Positions 1 to 10,712 of a stretch of 64,000 bases of DNA are shown piece after piece (the first letter of the stretch is position 1; every line of letters begins with the position of its first letter). The translations under genes were made by a program, and so were the position numbers. A model generated the notes under the pieces. The model had not been told where the DNA came from. It made no database searches and saw only the letters and a program-made list of their open reading frames with translations. This DNA is from Podarcis tiliguerta (lineage: Eukaryota). The stretch is taken from assembly GCA_965153285.1 (NCBI GenBank), contig OZ229110.1, one strand, 5' to 3'.

Positions 1-234
1 AGTTAAAAAAAAAAAAGATTGCTATGGAAACCTTTTCTTCATTTTGAAAAGCTTTCATCACCAGTCTAGTTGCTTTCTTATGCCTCAAAGGCTTACAGCC
101 ATCACTTTGCTTTTACCTACAGTTACCATTTGGAGGCTATTAATCCTCTGCTCCTAAAAATAACTGTTTTCTTGCTCTAAATTTTTCCTCAGCTGAACGA
201 AGCAAGGTGGGGAAAATATTTCACTGTGGGCTCG

Positions 235-269
<35 letters not shown>

Positions 270-272
270 TGT
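235..272. repeat. Compound (CT)n(GT)n microsatellite
   Basis: Directly visible CT run followed by a GT run. Confidence 0.95.
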
Positions 273-785
273 TTGTAAAATTACTTTTCATAATTTCCCC
301 CATAATATTGAAGATAACAATATCATTTAAAGACAGTCATTTTCAGTTGGCAACAGAAATATTCCTCCCCACCCCTCATTTTACTTAGAATTGCAGTGAA
401 GCACTTGCCAGAGATTCAACCTCTTACCAACAAGCCCTCTTTCAAGCTGAGTTCTTCCCTCAGGCTGGTGATGAATATAAATAAATGACATAAATGGTCC
501 CATCTGTCAGCCGAAGGAATGTAAACCCCTGCTAAGGCCAAAAACCAACGATAGCTTACTGGGCTGCTGTGCCATGACTTCACATGCGGCATTACACCAC
601 ATGTGCTTGTCCTACATTGCACACTGCAGGAAAGGGCTGCTAGTTTCTGCCCTTGGATTTAAGGATGAAACACACATGACTAACTCAACTGACACCCATG
701 TCCAATCTAAGTAGTTTCCTTCACAGAGCCTATTGATATTTCTTGTGTGTGCTTTTTCAATCTGTCAAAAAGAGACATGCCATGT

Positions 786-1008
786 CATGGGTAGGCGAAC
801 TAAGGCCCGAGGGCCGGATCCAGCCCAATCGCCTTCTAAATCCAGCCCGCAGACGGTCCAGGAATCAGCATGTTTTTACATGAGTAGGATATGCCCTTTT
901 ATTTAAAATGCATCTCTGGGTTATTTGTGGGGCATAGGAATTCATTCTCCCCCACAAGGTCTGAGGGACAGTGGACCGCCCCCTACTGAAAAAGTTTGCT
1001 GACCCCTG
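786..1008. mobile_element. Non-autonomous hAT DNA transposon (MITE)
   Basis: Imperfect TIRs CATGGGTAGGCGAACT / AGTTTGCTGACCCCTG; perfect 8-bp TSD TGCCATGT at 778-785 and 1009-1016; related to the copy at 20154-20557. Confidence 0.9.
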
Positions 1009-1394
1009 TGCCATGTTGTCTTTAAACATGTCATACATACCCATTGTTTTGTATCCAACCCTTGATCCATAAGAAAGAGATTCTAAGGCTGCATTCACAT
1101 GGCAGTTTATTCCATTTGCCCAAAGTTTCCCTAACTGTGAATTTCTGCGTCATATTGGGGCTTTCACATGACACAAAGTCCACTTCTGGAAAATCGATGA
1201 ACTATAGCACAGCTATGATGTGCTGCTAAGGACTCAAACTCATACTTAACATAACGCAACACCCTTTCTCATCAAAGTACCATAGGAATAGTAGCTGTCA
1301 GGCATACATGCAGCTAAGTATGTGTGGTCATTTTCTCTTTCCTCACCTCCTGCTTTTTGTTGAACTAGTCTAGCATAGCTGTATGTGCTTATTC

Positions 1395-1693
1395 ATATCT
1401 CAAGGGCTGTCACATGGAGGAGGGAGCATGCTTGTTTTCTCCTGCTCTGGAGGGTAGAACTCGAACCAATGGGTATAAGTTACAAGAAAGGAGATTCTGA
1501 CTAAACATTCGTAAAAAACTTTCTGACTTTAAGAGCTGTTCAGCAGTGGAACAGACTCCCATGAGAGGTGGTGGACTGTCCCTCACTGAAGGTTTTCAAG
1601 CAGAGCTTGAATGGCCATCTATTATGGATGCTTCAACTGAGATTCCTGCATTGCAAGAAGTTGGACTAGATGTCCCTTGGAGTCCCTTCCAAC
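1395..1693 (+). mobile_element. CR1 LINE 3' fragment (degenerate)
   Basis: Similar to the ORF2 C-terminus and 3'UTR of the CR1 at 16140-18951 (TTACAAGAAAGGAGATTC, GTCCCTTCCAACT). Confidence 0.85.
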
Positions 1694-2145
1694 TTGCTTT
1701 GGTTCAGGGTTTGAGGTAGAATTCAGTGTTGCACTGCGGTGAATATCCCATCAGCACAAGCATTGTGACTTGCAAGGTGGGACAACCCCCCATCTCCCCA
1801 TTTCACTCCCTGTTCTGGGGGTGCTCCTGGGAAGGAGAGAGGAAGGTCCCATTGCACAAGCGGAAGCCCTCAAGCTCACGAGTCTTGTTATATGAATCCC
1901 ATCCTCAGACCCCATCTGCAGTGGAGGTTCACCGCTGATATGAATTACCAAAAGCACTTTGAATATTATACAAATCATATACAACAAGAACAATGTGTCA
2001 GATTTAAAACTTTGAGTATCTCATAAGAGAGCTACGTACTTCTTAATATTTTGTATTGCATTTTAGTTTGCAAAGTAGGTTGTAACAGACACATCAGTAA
2101 CTAGCTGCTGGTGTCTTTGCATTGCATTAAATTGGAATCACGTTA

Positions 2146-2350
2146 CAGTGGTACCTTAGTTTTTAAACGCCTCATAAATCAAACATTTTGAAGTAACTGC
2201 TTCAGTTTTTGAATGCTTTTCAGAAGCTGAACATGCCACGTGGTTTCCGTATTGAGTTTTCCGGATGTAAATGCTTCTGGAAATGCATGCTTTGGTTTTT
2301 GAACATTTCAGAAGTCAAATGGATTATGTTTGAAAACTGAGGTACCACTG
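2146..2350. mobile_element. Tc1/mariner (Tigger-like) MITE
   Basis: TIRs CAGTGGTACCT / AGGTACCACTG with TA on both sides. Confidence 0.9.
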
Positions 2351-2454
2351 TATTTATTTTGAATATTTATTGCCATTCTGCATCACCCTCCTTGTAAGGA
2401 CCTAAAATGAAGTACATGAGGATTAGCCTATTGCTATCTTTACAACAACCCTGT

Positions 2455-3222
2455 TCTTTGGCGATCACTTGTAGCTGAGTAAGATTGTCTTCCATAAACA
2501 GGGTTTTAACAATGAGTCCGTAAGTGACTGTGGAGGCCAGTTCTGGATCCACACATCCTTCCACAGTGTTGACATTGGTTTCCGGGCGGGAGTTGATCAT
2601 GGTATGGATTTGCCAAGCGTGCCTTCCTCTTAGAACGTTTCTCCCTTGTGTCCTGAGTTCAAAGCCCATGACACCTTTGGTAAAGGCTGTTCTCCAACTG
2701 GAGCACTCGCAGGCCAGTGTTTCCCAGTTGTCAGTGTTTATACTATATTTTTTTAGATTTGCCTTGAGACAGTCTTTAAACCTCTTTTGTTGACTACCAG
2801 CATTACGCTTTCCATTTTTAAGTTCGGAATAGAATAGCTGCTTTGGAAGACGATTATCAGGCTTTCGCACAACATGACCAGTCCAACGAAGTTGATGTTG
2901 AAGAATCATTGCTTCAACACTAGTGATCTTTGCTTCTTCCAGTACACTGATATTAGTTCGCCTGTCTTCCCAAGTGATGTGTAAAATTTTTCGGAGACAC
3001 TGTTGATGGAATCTTTCGAGGAGTTGGAGATGGCATTTATAAGTGGTCCATGTTTCACAAGCATATAGTAAGGTTGTCATTCTTTGTCTAGCTCCTTCCC
3101 TTTGACCTTACAGCCTTGGGTGACCCTGCTGGGAGTACGAGATTCTTGACGGCTTCGCTCACAAGAGTCATAGGAACATGCAAGCCCACTCACCACAACA
3201 AGGTGGTGATCCAGCGAGTGGG
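2455..3222 (-). mobile_element. Internally deleted (bipartite) RTE-clade non-LTR element: 5'UTR joined to ORF C-terminus and 3' end
   Basis: 11-bp TSD AACAACCCTGT (2444-2454, 3223-3233). 2455-3078 encodes RTE-type C-terminal motifs (LLYACETW, QLRWTGHV, RLPKQLFYSEL, KRFKDCLK). 3079-3222 carries an RTE-like 5'UTR motif (ATCACCACCTTGTTGTGGTGAGTGGGCTTG on the minus strand). Confidence 0.8.
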
Positions 3223-3671
3223 AACAACCCTGTAAAGTAGATGAGGCTGAAATACAGAGAGTGACTAGTCTGTGATCACTCAACTACCTTCATTGTTAAG
3301 TGGGGATTTCTGGTTGAAGCCAAATATTTTGTAACTACATCTTACTGTCTCTCAAGTCTGTCAGTTTGTTGACTCGCCTGATATACCTCAATATTGTTTT
3401 TTCTATGACTAGTTGTCTCTGCCTGGGAAAACAATTGATATTGGATGTTTAGAACAATCGTCCCATCCTAGAGATACACAGAGATACACAGGTTCACACA
3501 TACCTACCTGCTCTCCTGAATAGCAGGCCCTGTAAATGCTGATCACCTTTTTATTTATTTGGAAGAGACTGGGTGACTTAATCAAAGTCCTTTCCCTCCA
3601 CATCCCCTGGCAAAGGTGGCAAAATGGGGCTTGGATCATTACACTCAGGGCTGCTGTTCTATTGGACATTC

Positions 3672-4120
3672 ACATACACATTCCAGATGGATATTGACAA
3701 GCTGGAACCTGTGCAGAGGAGGGCGACCAAGATGATCAAGGGTCTGGGAACCAAGCCTTATGAAGAATGGTTGAGGGAGTTGGGTATGTTTAGCCTGGAT
3801 AAGAGAGGGGATATGAGAGCCATCTTAAAATATCTAAAGAGCTGTCACATGGAAGATGGAGAAAGCTTGTTTTCTCCTGCTCCAGAGGGCAGGACCCAAA
3901 CCAGTGGGTTCAAGTTACAAGAAAGAAGATTCCAACTAAACATCAGTAAGGCCTTTCTGAAGTTAAGAGCTGTTTGACTGTGGAAAGAGCTCCCTCGGAA
4001 GGTGTTGGACTTCACTGGAAGCTTTGAAGCAGAGCTTGGATGGTCATCTGTCATGGATGCTTTAGTTGAGACTCCTATATTGCAAGGTTCCCTTCCAACT
4101 CTATAATTCTATGATTCTGT
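3672..4120 (+). mobile_element. CR1 LINE 3' fragment
   Basis: ORF 3624-3977 contains [19 protein letters not shown]...LQERRF; ends in an ATTCTATG-type tail. Confidence 0.9.
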
Positions 4121-6015
4121 ACTCAGGCCACTGCGTGGGGCTTATTTTTACTCATTATCCCTATGGAGGCTTACAACATAAGATTCCACACCGCCTATCC
4201 CTCCATCTCAACTGATGGCAAGCAATGAGATGGCATTGCCCGCCATACATTCAGCTGCCCACAACCCTTTGTGTAATGTCATTTTAAAATGTCAGAAGTG
4301 ATGACTCGGTATGGGTCTCAACAGTATATGAATTTTCAAACTAGTGGGATTAAATATGAATAAACAACTGAATGAAGAACCCCTTGATATTTGAAACATT
4401 AAATGAGGTAGGGATGCATTCTGGGTATAGAGAACACAATACCATCAAGTGTACTGCATTTGTATTCAAGCTATGACTGCCTCTGGAGGATGTCAAGGCA
4501 AATCAGTCATGAGGTTCTTATATTACAGTATTTGCAGTATTTGATGATAATAGTTAGCAAAAAAAACTTTATGCTGCCTTTGTAAATGATGTGAGATCAC
4601 CCCCCACAGGATATAATGCATAATGGCAGGATTCTTTAATATCGTCTGATGATTAAAAAAAAAAGTAGCACCCCAATTCGAAATGCCAGTCCAAACATTT
4701 TCTTGGAAGGGAATCATGTTGATATTAATAATGGATAAATCCTTGCAGCTGTACTCAGGATCACAGACTAATAGGCTGATTCTGACTTAAGCCATTTTAT
4801 TTGAGACACTGCAAACAAGGGTTTGCACCATCACAGCAAAACCCTATGGAAAGTGTGGCAATTGTCCAGGTCTTTCCACAGAAAAAAATATGCTGGGCTC
4901 ACTCATTTATTTCAGTTAGAATTGAAAACCACTCTGGGTCTACACAAGACTTTTTACTTGTTCCTTTCTTGCTGCCAATGAATATGCTATAAAAATTGAC
5001 TTGAGGGGTATCCTGTCTGCTTGACAAACGTTGCTTCGTTGGTGTGGATTGTCTCAGGGTGTCCATGGTGTACCTTTGGATTGGCACCAGGCCTCCATGC
5101 TAATAACACCTTTCCCCAATTTTTTTTGCATACAGGTTTAGCACCTAGGGCCTAAGTAGATGTGACAGCCATTATCCAGTCTACTAGTGCTGTTTTTCTT
5201 TGGCTAAAAACTGCAGCAGGGAAGGAACTGGAATAGGATCATGGCAGTGGGGAATGTATGTTAAACCAACCAATTTTATTTACCTAAATCTATTATTGAG
5301 TGCTTTTAACAGAGGAAGAGAGAAAAGACAGATGCAATATGAGAAGCATTTCACCATGTATGCATCAACCAGGGTGGGGTTGGAGAGCTATTTAAGGCAG
5401 GAAAATGGTAGTTAATCTCTCTCCCTCAGTGCCATGCTTCAAGTCTGAGTTCTCTCCCTCAAGGCTGCTTTAACCAAACCAGGCAACATGTAATTTGGCC
5501 AGTGTTTGCATTCAACCACCAAAGACAGCATAAAGCAGAATCGATTCCCCCTTTCCCTCAAACGATGCTTTATTACTGTATGTAATATTTACCGTACTTG
5601 TGTCTCAATTCCTAAGACAATATGCAGTACATAGAAAGTAACAGATAGAGATGCTGGACGTTATGAGAGCCTTGGAAGATTCCAGAGCAGACAGGATGAG
5701 GCTTGTCAGAGCACACTAGGCCCTGCCTTGCCTGTTCTGAAGTTGTCAGTGGACTGCCTTTGACACCATGGAGGACTCAGAGTAGCAGAGCTGCAGATAG
5801 CATGCCTTGAAGACATCACAGGCTATACTATGCCTATCTCAAATCAATTCAGATCAGGCCTAGGACCCACCAGAAAGTAACGAGGTCCAAAACCTACCCC
5901 CATTCTAACTGCAAACCGTGGTTGCAAACTAAATTCTGGTTGAAATATCAGCCTCACACTTAGCACCAACCTGCCCACTTTGGTTTTCCAGGTTCCCCGG
6001 ACTTTGAATAAACTA

Positions 6016-6370
6016 GGTAAAGGTAAAGGGACCCTTGACCATTAGGTCCAGTCGTGGCCGATTCTGGGGTTGCGGTGCTCAACTCGCTTTATTGGCCGAG
6101 GTAGCCGGCGTACAGCTTCCGGGTCATGTGGCCAGCATAACTAAGCCGCTTCTGGCGAACCAGAGCAGCACACAGAAACACCGTGTACCTTCCTGCTGGA
6201 GCGGTACCTATTTATCTATTTGCACTTTGTCGTGCTTCTGAACTGCTAGGTTGTCAGGAGCTGGGACCGAGCAACGGGAGCTCACCTCGTTGTGGGTATT
6301 CAAACCACCGAGCTTCTGATCGGCAAGTCCTAGGTTCAGTGGTTTAACCCACAGCACCACCCGCGTCCCT
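6016..6370 (-). mobile_element. Sauria SINE (Squam1-type), full length
   Basis: Minus-strand head GGGACGCGGGTGGTGCTGTGG and (ACCTTT)n tail; 13-bp TSD TTTGAATAAACTA (6003-6015, 6371-6383). Confidence 0.92.
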
Positions 6371-7140
6371 TTTGAATAAACTAATCCTCCCTTTACTCTG
6401 CACTCCTATCCCAGTGTCTAAGCACTGATTGATGTCTCTGATTGCACTACTGTATTGCAGTTTCCATCTTTACAGGTAAGCAAATATATTATTTCTTATT
6501 TGCGTAACGGAAAAGCCCAGAAGTGTTTTTTACCACTCTTCTAGTTGCTAAACAGTTTTGGTTCTCCAGATAGCCTCATGGAGTGATAGTATTTTATGGA
6601 GTCATGTGTTTGTAGGAGAGCAATGTTTATCTCAAAATGGGGGTCGGAGGAACACCACAAACCTTTTATACAGGCTAAGCTCTAGCTGCACCTTCTTCTA
6701 AAATAAGACAGAATTGAAAGAGGATTTTCATTTTGCAGTCTCTCTGGGGACAATCTGTTTTCATCTTAGTGAAATATTTCTCAGGCCCCATGCAACCTGA
6801 CCTGTTTCACTCAAAAAGGGAAGTTGTTCGGCTGGAAGATGTTTCTGTCATGTTTCTTTCTACTCGTCACCTATGTTGCCAGTTGAAAAGGCTTTCTTCA
6901 GCCACAGCTCCATCTGCGATAGATTGGACATGGAAGAAGAACTGTCTACTGGACAGCTTCAAGGAGTATATCAGACTAATATCCAGTTTCTGCACGAGAA
7001 TGGCAGGAATATTATTTCTAGCAATCTACCTAGTTCCAAGTGAAAACGTAAACTATTTTTTGTTTACAACCTTAAGTTTTAATAGCCAGAGGCTGCCATC
7101 CTGTACTCTTCTACCTGGGAATAAGCCCTATTGAAATGAA

Positions 7141-7515
7141 GTATTTACTACAAAATGGGAAGTCTTTAAAATTTATTTGAAAAATAGTAATGACAGTTTG
7201 AAATCTGTAGCAGCATTTGAATAACTTCAGTAGGAGTTTTAAATCTGATGGAAAACCTAGGATAGACTAAATAACATTAAAGCTAAAACAGGTTATAATA
7301 TGGCAGTGAATAATGGATGAGAAATAGAAGTAAGGAGTAGATGGGAAGTCAGTTATATCGGGAAAAGTTATTTTTATGTTAAATGTATTGTGAGCACTAT
7401 TCAATGTATTGGTTGTTGTTGTTCTTTATTTTTCTTAGTTGTTAGGAGGTGATGGATATTTGTTTATCTTCATATTTCCTTTTTGTATGTGGTGTATCAA
7501 AATGAAATAAAATTA

Positions 7516-7518
<3 letters not shown>
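7141..7518 (+). mobile_element. Probable L1-like LINE 3' end (last ORF2 codons plus AT-rich 3'UTR)
   Basis: Starts with KWEVFKIYLKN-like codons, then a T-rich UTR and AATAAA just before the (AT)n run; lies inside a 66-bp flanking duplication. Confidence 0.55.

Positions 7519-7554
<36 letters not shown>
7519..7554. repeat. (AT)n microsatellite, left of the Penelope insertion
   Basis: Direct; a second (AT)n run lies at about 7831-7853. Confidence 0.95.
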
Positions 7555-7555
<1 letters not shown>

Positions 7556-7556
<1 letters not shown>

Positions 7557-7830
7557 GTTTTGGTGTCCTCGGGTGTCTTCCCGTGTAAAAGTTGGGGTGT
7601 CTAGGCGACGTTTCGACGAGGTCTCACTCGTCATCTTCAGGCTGGTGCTTTCGGCTTCTTGTTACTGGAACAGAGCTCTGTTCCAGTAACAAGAAGCCGA
7701 AAGCACCAGCCTGAAGATGACGAGTGAGACCTCGTCGAAACGTCGCCTAGACACCCCAACTTTTACACGGGAAGACACCCGAGGACACCAAAACCTGCAT
7801 TCCTGTACCCGTGAAAATCTACGAAAGCAA
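7556..7830 (+). mobile_element. Penelope-like element terminal repeat with an inverted 5' copy (perfect 240-bp palindrome 7556-7795)
   Basis: Two 120-bp arms centred on CAGAG|CTCTG (7675/7676); CTGAAGA...GAAACG motif; PLE-like 3' end CCGTGAAAATCTACGAAAGC; inserted in (AT)n. Confidence 0.8.
7705..7750 (+). ncRNA. Minimal hammerhead-ribozyme-like motif (mirror copy on the minus strand at about 7601-7646)
   Basis: CTGAAGA (7711-7717), stem II GACGAG/CTCGTC, GAAA (7737-7740), CGTC. Stem I pairing is weak, so activity is unproven. Confidence 0.55.
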
Positions 7831-8010
7831 ATATATATATATATATATATATAGTTTTAATAGCCAGAGGCTGCAATCCTGTACTCTTCTACCCGGGAAT
7901 AAGCCCTATTGAAATGAACTGGAGTTACATCTAAATGAAGGCTGGCAACATTAACCCTGCCAGTGTAAATCCCTTGCAGACAACCACAGCTCCTGGAGAC
8001 AATTAGTCAG

Positions 8011-8137
8011 ATTGTGTAACTACATCAGTGACGAGAGGGGAAATGAACACTGGGAGGAGTGCAGAAAGATGAAAGGCCATGGTACACCAGCACCAGCACA
8101 ACCAGATGCTTTCATCTGTCCCTACTGCAACGAAATA
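8011..8137 (+). mobile_element. RTE-like LINE C-terminal fragment, first part (continues at about 9190-9315)
   Basis: AFICPYCN here and LSCIGLYSHSRCC at about 9198-9236 together form the terminal zinc-finger-like motif of RTE-type ORFs. Confidence 0.55.
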
Positions 8138-8142
8138 TGGAA

Positions 8143-8275
8143 CCTTAGAACCACAGAAGTGCAGAGTTGGAAATCCTGCAGAGCAGGAATCCTGCCCACA
8201 ATCATCCCTGGGTGGGCTTGAACCACCAACTTGGTTAACAGTCAGATGCACTGGCCCATTGTGCCACTGGGGGCA
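8143..8275 (-). mobile_element. tRNA-derived SINE (degenerate)
   Basis: Minus-strand tRNA-like head (CAGTGGCACAATGG...GGTTCAAGCCC) and a CR1-like tail. Confidence 0.55.
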
Positions 8276-8290
8276 ATAGCTAGTAAATTA

Positions 8291-9146
8291 CCATATTTTT
8301 TGCACCATAACACTCACTTTTTTCCTCCTAGAAAGTAAGCAGAAATGTCTGTGCGTGCTATGGAGCGAATGCCTACGGATGGCGGGGGGATCTGCTGCAG
8401 TCGTGAGCAGAGGATCCATGGTTCCCCTTCCTTCCGTCCTCTGTGGCTCGCTTTGAAACTGCAAAGCGGGAGAAAAGCCCCTGAGTAGGGAAGAGAAGGG
8501 ACAGAGAGCCTGCTTGCTTTAAAGTAGCAAAGCGGGAGAGGAGAGGAGCGGCTCACACGAGTCTGGAGCTGTTTTTTTCAGCGAGCCAGGGAGGAGGGAG
8601 AGAACAAAGTTTTTCGGTGAGCCGGGGAGGAGGGAGAGAAGCAGAGCCTTTAAAGGAGCAAAGCGGGAGAGGAGCTATCTCCTCTTATACCCCTCTTCTG
8701 CATTATTAACAGCATCCTTCTCCACCCACCCCATGCGTGTTCCTTGTCCCTTGAGTGCTTTTCCTTCCCTCCCCACTTAAAACGTGGTTACAAAGCACAG
8801 ATCCACATGGATCCTCAGGATTTTTGCACTGGGTCACCCCAAATTCACCATCAGATCACATAGCATGTCCATGGCTACAGCTTGCACCAAAAAAATCACG
8901 CACCCACTGTTGCCTGGGGCCGCAGTGGTGCAAAAACATGGTTACAAAGCATGAATCCACATGGATCATCAGGGTTTTGCATTGGGCTACCCCAAACTCA
9001 CCATCAGATCACATGTCTGTGGCCACAGCATGAACCACAAAAATCATACATCCACTGTTTCGTTTAGAATATTTTTTTCCTTGTTTTCCTCCTCTAAAAA
9101 CTATGCGTGTTATGGTCAGGTGTGTGTTATAGAGCGAAAAATACGG
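8291..9146. mobile_element. pogo/Tigger-like non-autonomous DNA transposon with internal tandem duplications
   Basis: TIRs CCATATTTTTTGCACCATAA / TTATAGAGCGAAAAATACGG; TA on the left only; internal ~155-bp direct repeat (about 8779 and 8933). Confidence 0.75.
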
Positions 9147-9189
9147 GGAAAAGGGAATCTATAGGTACCTCTCCTGTATCGATCTATAG

Positions 9190-9315
9190 GTACCTCTCCT
9201 GTATCGGTCTCTACAGCCACAGCAGGTGCTGTGATTCTCCAACAGTTTGAAATTACTGCCCACCCCCCAAAGACACTGTCTTCCATTGTCTCCTGTGATA
9301 CAAATATGCCAACAA
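9190..9315 (+). mobile_element. RTE-like LINE 3' end, second part of the 8011-8137 fragment
   Basis: GLYSHSR codons and a CCATTGTCTC...GCCAACAA 3' terminus; related ends at about 41790-41856 (+) and 47513-47615 (-). Confidence 0.55.
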
Positions 9316-10606
9316 TATCTAAACAGATATGCATAGGGTTGCCCTGTTAATTAACAGTATAATTTTGTTGTTTTGTTTGTTTAGCTTTGTGATCCTTAAT
9401 GATATTTCATAAGCACTCCTTGATGATTTCCACTGTAATTATACATTGTAGGATAGAATTTTTGAATCTCTCTTGATAAGTCTACATCCTCACTGTCCAG
9501 CCACTCTCAGAGGTTGAGAGACGTCCCAACATGCAATCTAGTCTTCATTCCTTTATCCGACGTACCTGGGAGTAAACCACATAAACTCATTTAAATTATA
9601 ATAATTAAATTATTTATATACTGCTTTTCAGGCAGACCTCACAAAGCACGAAGAAACATTACAAGAAATAGGCATCCTTTTCTTTTTCTTGTAATAAAAG
9701 AGCACTATAATGTAGCTCTGAGTAAGCATGTACAGGGTTGTGCTGTTAAACCCCTTAATCCCCAAGATGAACTAATTATCACTGCTATTTTTAAAGACAA
9801 ACTTTCACATAAACAAGAGTTATTATACTCCATAAATCTTTATTTTCCCAGTATTAAAAAAAGCAAAATACTTATATGGCAGAAGTAATAAAGTCCATTT
9901 CAAATTCATGGGAGAAGGAACATGTTAAAGCATGTTTTTGTTTAAATATATCTGAAGGTTGTTTTTTTCCAGTTACAAAGGCACAATACATTAACTAGCA
10001 TTTTACCAACTGCTCATTTCATACATTACCACTGAATACTGTAACGTATTCTCTTTATAGCTACCAGAGACCAAACTCATTAAAAGTATATCAATGAGGC
10101 CAAACTTAGATCCACAAAATGTTTAGGGTTATGCTTACCCCTGTGTCCCCCAAGAAAAAAAAGCACTGGTTGCAAATATCCTTATAGCACATTATGTGGC
10201 CAAAGGGTTGATATAGGCACTGGAATGACAGCAATTCCATTGGAGGATGGGAAACAAGTGCCTTTTAAAATGGAAATGAAAGCAAGTTTTATATTTCTTT
10301 AAGGAGCAAAAGCAATATGTGGATGATGCCAACACTATGTATGGAGGTGGTGAGACTGGGAGCTCACTGAACTCTGGTCGTTCACACACAAACACCGCCT
10401 CCCCCTCCAAATAGCCACAAAAGTGAAGTGGTTTTCCCACACGCTGATATTCGATAGATGGGTTTTCTTGCTTGGGAACTCATTTTGTTCAGTACTCTTC
10501 AGCACGTTACCTTTATCATGCTGAGACCCGCATAAAAATGAAATGTCATACTTTGATACCCTTCTAGTCACTCGTACAGTTTATTTTTCGTGTCCCCCAG
10601 TAGCAT

Positions 10607-10712
10607 TCACAAATTTAATAACTGCCCTTTATCCTTGAATCTATTCTCTTCCAGCTTTCTATTCAGCTCTTTTCTCTGACAGTTTTGCAGGAAATTCCTC
10701 ATCTTGCATATT
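10607..10712 (-). CDS. Candidate terminal coding exon of an unidentified host gene (ICKMRNFLQNCQRKELNRKLEENRFKDKGQLLNL*)
   Basis: Very strong minus-strand acceptor (TCTTCTCTCTTTTCATCTTTCTTTTCTTTCTGCAACAG), 34 open codons to TGA, AATAAA about 22 nt downstream, non-repetitive context. Protein not recognised. Confidence 0.35.
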
